The notes under the pieces are model-generated. The model did no database searches, was not told the DNA's origin, and was given only the letters and a program-made list of their open reading frames with translations. From Bolinopsis microptera (taxonomy: Eukaryota), in NCBI RefSeq assembly GCF_026151205.1, contig NC_087073.1:10202636-10266635 (forward strand): DNA of 64,000 nucleotides, in the 5' to 3' direction. This document shows positions 61,451-64,000 of the stretch, one piece after another; the stretch's first letter is position 1, and each line of letters opens with the position of its first letter. The translations under genes were made by a program, and so were the position numbers.

Positions 61451-61637
61451 AAACTGCTGAGTACCCAAATGTTCAATTGCTTTATCATAGCTCGATCATT
61501 TATATCCGACTCTGACGAAACGTTGGAGTTCTTTGACGGTTGTATAGAGAGGCTGGAAGATGATGCGCCGCTGCTGCACGAAACAGATTCTAATCGTGGG
61601 GTTACTGTGGTGGTTCAAACTGAGAAAATGAGTCAAG
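61451..61637 (+). CDS. DENND4: DENND4-like exon (dDENN)
   Basis: ttcatttcag|aaa ... KLLSTQMFNCFIIARSFISDSDETLEFFDGCIERLEDDAPLLHETDSNRGVTVVVQTEKMSQ |gtaaca. Confidence 0.5.
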
Positions 61638-61898
61638 GTAACATTTTAAATGGAAATTTGTTTTTATCATGAAGATTAATATCGTGGTATCAGGGCACTC
61701 CATTGAACATCATTATCTTAGCCTGGTGTATAAAGCACATCTCCATAATTACATTTGCAATGAATTATGGGAAGGGAAGACTTTAACCAACGACTTGTGC
61801 GTCTCAACAGTAAACAGTTAAGCATTGGTTGCGAAACTACGGGAAAATTCTTAGAAACGTAGATGTATTAAGTAGATCATAAGTTGGAAATATTGCAG

Positions 61899-62091
61899 GT
61901 CTGAAGCCGAGCAAGCTGTACAGTTACCCAGTATTCGTGCTGGATCAGGAACTGTTCTACACCAATGTTCCTGAGGAGAGAGGAGGCATGGAGAGATCGG
62001 TAATCTCACTGCGGACTAAAGTTGAGAAGCAGAAAATGTTAAAGCGTGCACGTGCAGCGAAGATGCGCTGTAACACTCTCTCGTGGAGCAA
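61899..62091 (+). CDS. DENND4: DENND4-like exon
   Basis: tattgcag|gt ... GLKPSKLYSYPVFVLDQELFYTNVPEERGGMERSVISLRTKVEKQKMLKRARAAKMRCNTLSWS |gtaagt. Confidence 0.5.
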
Positions 62092-62311
62092 GTAAGTCAA
62101 CTTCTTCTCTTTTTTACTCGTGCGTGGAACATACAAAGCTTACAATAAAATATGTCATGATCGATGTTTAATATTCGCGTATTTCCTATGCCGGCCAACC
62201 TATGGGAATCAAAAACTGTCTGTAGTCTTAGGACCCAGGTATTGGGTGATGACTGATAAGAAATCAGTTCACATCTCAATAATTCCACATCGCTAAAATA
62301 AACTCGTCCAG

Positions 62312-62465
62312 GTGTCTGTTGCAGCACGTGTACTGTGTATGGTACCTCTACCTTCCCTCTCTGATAACGATCTTAGAACCAGGAGATGAACAACGAGCTC
62401 AACTTAATACTGCCCTTCAGATTATACAGACTCTCAGGACTGACAGAAAAACTAACTTGGAAGAG
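62312..62465 (+). CDS. DENND4: DENND4-like exon
   Basis: cgtccag|gtg ... KCLLQHVYCVWYLYLPSLITILEPGDEQRAQLNTALQIIQTLRTDRKTNLEE |gtttat. This is the only open phase. Confidence 0.45.
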
Positions 62466-62594
62466 GTTTATTTCAAATGATTTAATTTTTTATATTTATC
62501 TCCTTTCTTTTTTTACTAATAAGTTTACAATCGATGAATCGATGAATTGGATTTAAAAAAAAAAACATAATCTAAATATTTCTCTTTACTTCAG

Positions 62595-63500
62595 GTGTGT
62601 TACAGAATATTGATATCTCTATCCGGGTTCTACGATCACCCTCAAGTTGCCATGGATACCTTCACCCACATGCAGGAGAACAAAATGAACATCAGCGCCG
62701 TAACATACGGTCACTACCATCGTGCCGTCCTCTTCAACGAGAACGTTAACGGGGACACAGAGACAAACCCTCTTACTCACTGGCGTATCTTGAGACTTTA
62801 TATCATGACTTGTGTTGCTTTCAAACGTTTCCGGCGACAAGCCCAAGTCCCCATAGGAAACACAAGTTCACTCGAAAGTATTGAATCGAGCGTTAAGAAC
62901 AATGATTCTCCCACCGGCACTGGCAGATTCTCATCTAACGGAATGTCAGATTCTGGGATAGAATTAGACCATCCCCTGTCAGCACTTAAAGTTTCGTTTG
63001 ACAAAAGGACTAGTACCGACACCAGTACAGCCAGTAGTCCCCCTACCACCGCCCAGAAACCCCCCACAGTTCCCATCAAAAAGAATCACCGCGGTCACAC
63101 TCGCAGTATATCAGACGTTTCCATGTTATCCGTAGGTAACATTCATCAGAGACAGCTGTCAGACGATGCTGGTTATAGAACCCTCTCCAGACTCAAATCA
63201 CCTCGCTTCAAAAGGAACAGTCTCATGGGTAAAACAGTTCAGGACAAGAGGGGGATATCTCGCAGTAACACAAACAGTTTTAAACGAACTAAAAACACCA
63301 TGACCCCAAGCAGTTCCACGTATAGTGTCCAGTCTCTGGAGCCGGAGGAGGATCCCGGAGAGTTTTATGTTAGGGAGTTTGAGAACCCTAACCCGATGAA
63401 GTTCACTTTAACACCAGAGTGCGGGGAGGATCTTGATCCTGACGCTGAACTCAAGGTTAAGATCTGGAGTTCGTACACGTGCTCTCATTGTCAGAGATGA
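62595..63500 (+). CDS. DENND4: DENND4-like large exon (PPR-like helical region, Ser/Thr-rich linker, start of a C4 zinc-ribbon-like motif). It ends in an apparent frameshift or mini-intron at ~63445-63497
   Basis: ORF track 301 aa: VCYRILISLSGFYDHPQVAMDTFTHMQENKMNISAVTYGHYHRAVLFNE ... SSYTCSHCQR*. The continuation IYDEQILAGWGHEESNLSTTCPYCDMTSVAQLSIE is in another frame (63497-63603, donor gag|gtgcag). Confidence 0.5.
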   Translation: MCYRILISLSGFYDHPQVAMDTFTHMQENKMNISAVTYGHYHRAVLFNENVNGDTETNPLTHWRILRLYIMTCVAFKRFRRQAQVPIGNTSSLESIESSVKNNDSPTGTGRFSSNGMSDSGIELDHPLSALKVSFDKRTSTDTSTASSPPTTAQKPPTVPIKKNHRGHTRSISDVSMLSVGNIHQRQLSDDAGYRTLSRLKSPRFKRNSLMGKTVQDKRGISRSNTNSFKRTKNTMTPSSSTYSVQSLEPEEDPGEFYVREFENPNPMKFTLTPECGEDLDPDAELKVKIWSSYTCSHCQR

Positions 63501-63741
63501 TCTACGATGAGCAGATTTTAGCAGGCTGGGGTCATGAGGAGAGTAACCTGTCCACTACTTGTCCCTACTGTGATATGACTTCTGTCGCCCAACTCTCTAT
63601 AGAGGTGCAGTGTTATTTTCTCTAGTTTTATTTTTAGCAAAAATGTTCAACCAGTTTTTAGTTAAAATATTTCTCAGTGTTAATATAATTTGTGAATGAG
63701 GTCACTCCGATGATCTAATATCTAAACTCAATTATAATCAG

Positions 63742-63893
63742 GTGACGTATCGGTCTTGTAACAGCGATGCAGAACCACTAACTCCGAAAACAATCCACCG
63801 GGAGAGCAGTATCAGCAAGACCCAACCAATCGACACTAACAATATTCAGATATCACTTGAAGGGGAGGACGACGCTATGGACTCTTACGATTC
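63742..63893 (+). CDS. DENND4: DENND4-like exon; the gene continues beyond the window
   Basis: aatcag|gtg ... VTYRSCNSDAEPLTPKTIHRESSISKTQPIDTNNIQISLEGEDDAMDSYDS |gtaagt. Confidence 0.45.
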
Positions 63894-64000
63894 TGGTAAG
63901 TTGTGATAAGAATAAGATAAAGCACCAGAAGTACGCTGCTATGTGAAGTCGTATTATCTTTGTAATCGTATCGGAAGCAAATGAATGTATTTTATCCATA

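Overview
This window is eukaryotic, almost certainly metazoan, not prokaryotic. It is AT-rich, has many short GT-AG introns, and carries LINEs, MITEs and micro/minisatellites.

Layout:
- (a) 1-2.5 kb: two non-LTR retrotransposon fragments lie head-to-head. One is an AP-endonuclease ORF on the minus strand that runs off the left edge. The other is a 5'-truncated RLE-type pol C-terminus on the plus strand.
- (b) 3.6-25 kb: an ancestral ~2.4 kb unit (segments A, X, Y) is tandemly duplicated. Each copy carries an independent insertion of the same ~7.29 kb non-autonomous TIR element, here called E. E is rich in satellite arrays. The two E copies are in opposite orientation and sit on opposite sides of the ~195-bp X segment. 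Each is flanked by its own 10-bp target-site duplication. Together they form a near-perfect ~16.7 kb palindrome (arms 3982-11267 and 13439-20729, ~2.2 kb spacer).
- (c) 26675-37257, plus strand: a 13-exon TEP1 ortholog (telomerase / vault-associated protein; TROVE, DUF4062, NACHT, WD40).
- (d) 40.6-43.6 kb: an RLE-type (R2-superfamily) LINE whose pol reading frame is split by a single in-frame stop.
- (e) several MITE families, (CT)n, (AGTTCT)n and 9-, 11-, 18- and 22-bp minisatellites.
- (f) 57035 to past the window end, plus strand: the 5' part of a DENND4-like gene (MABP plus DENN), with two apparent frameshifts.

I saw no CRISPR, rRNA or bona fide tRNA. The most novel item is the paired E insertions and the palindrome they create.
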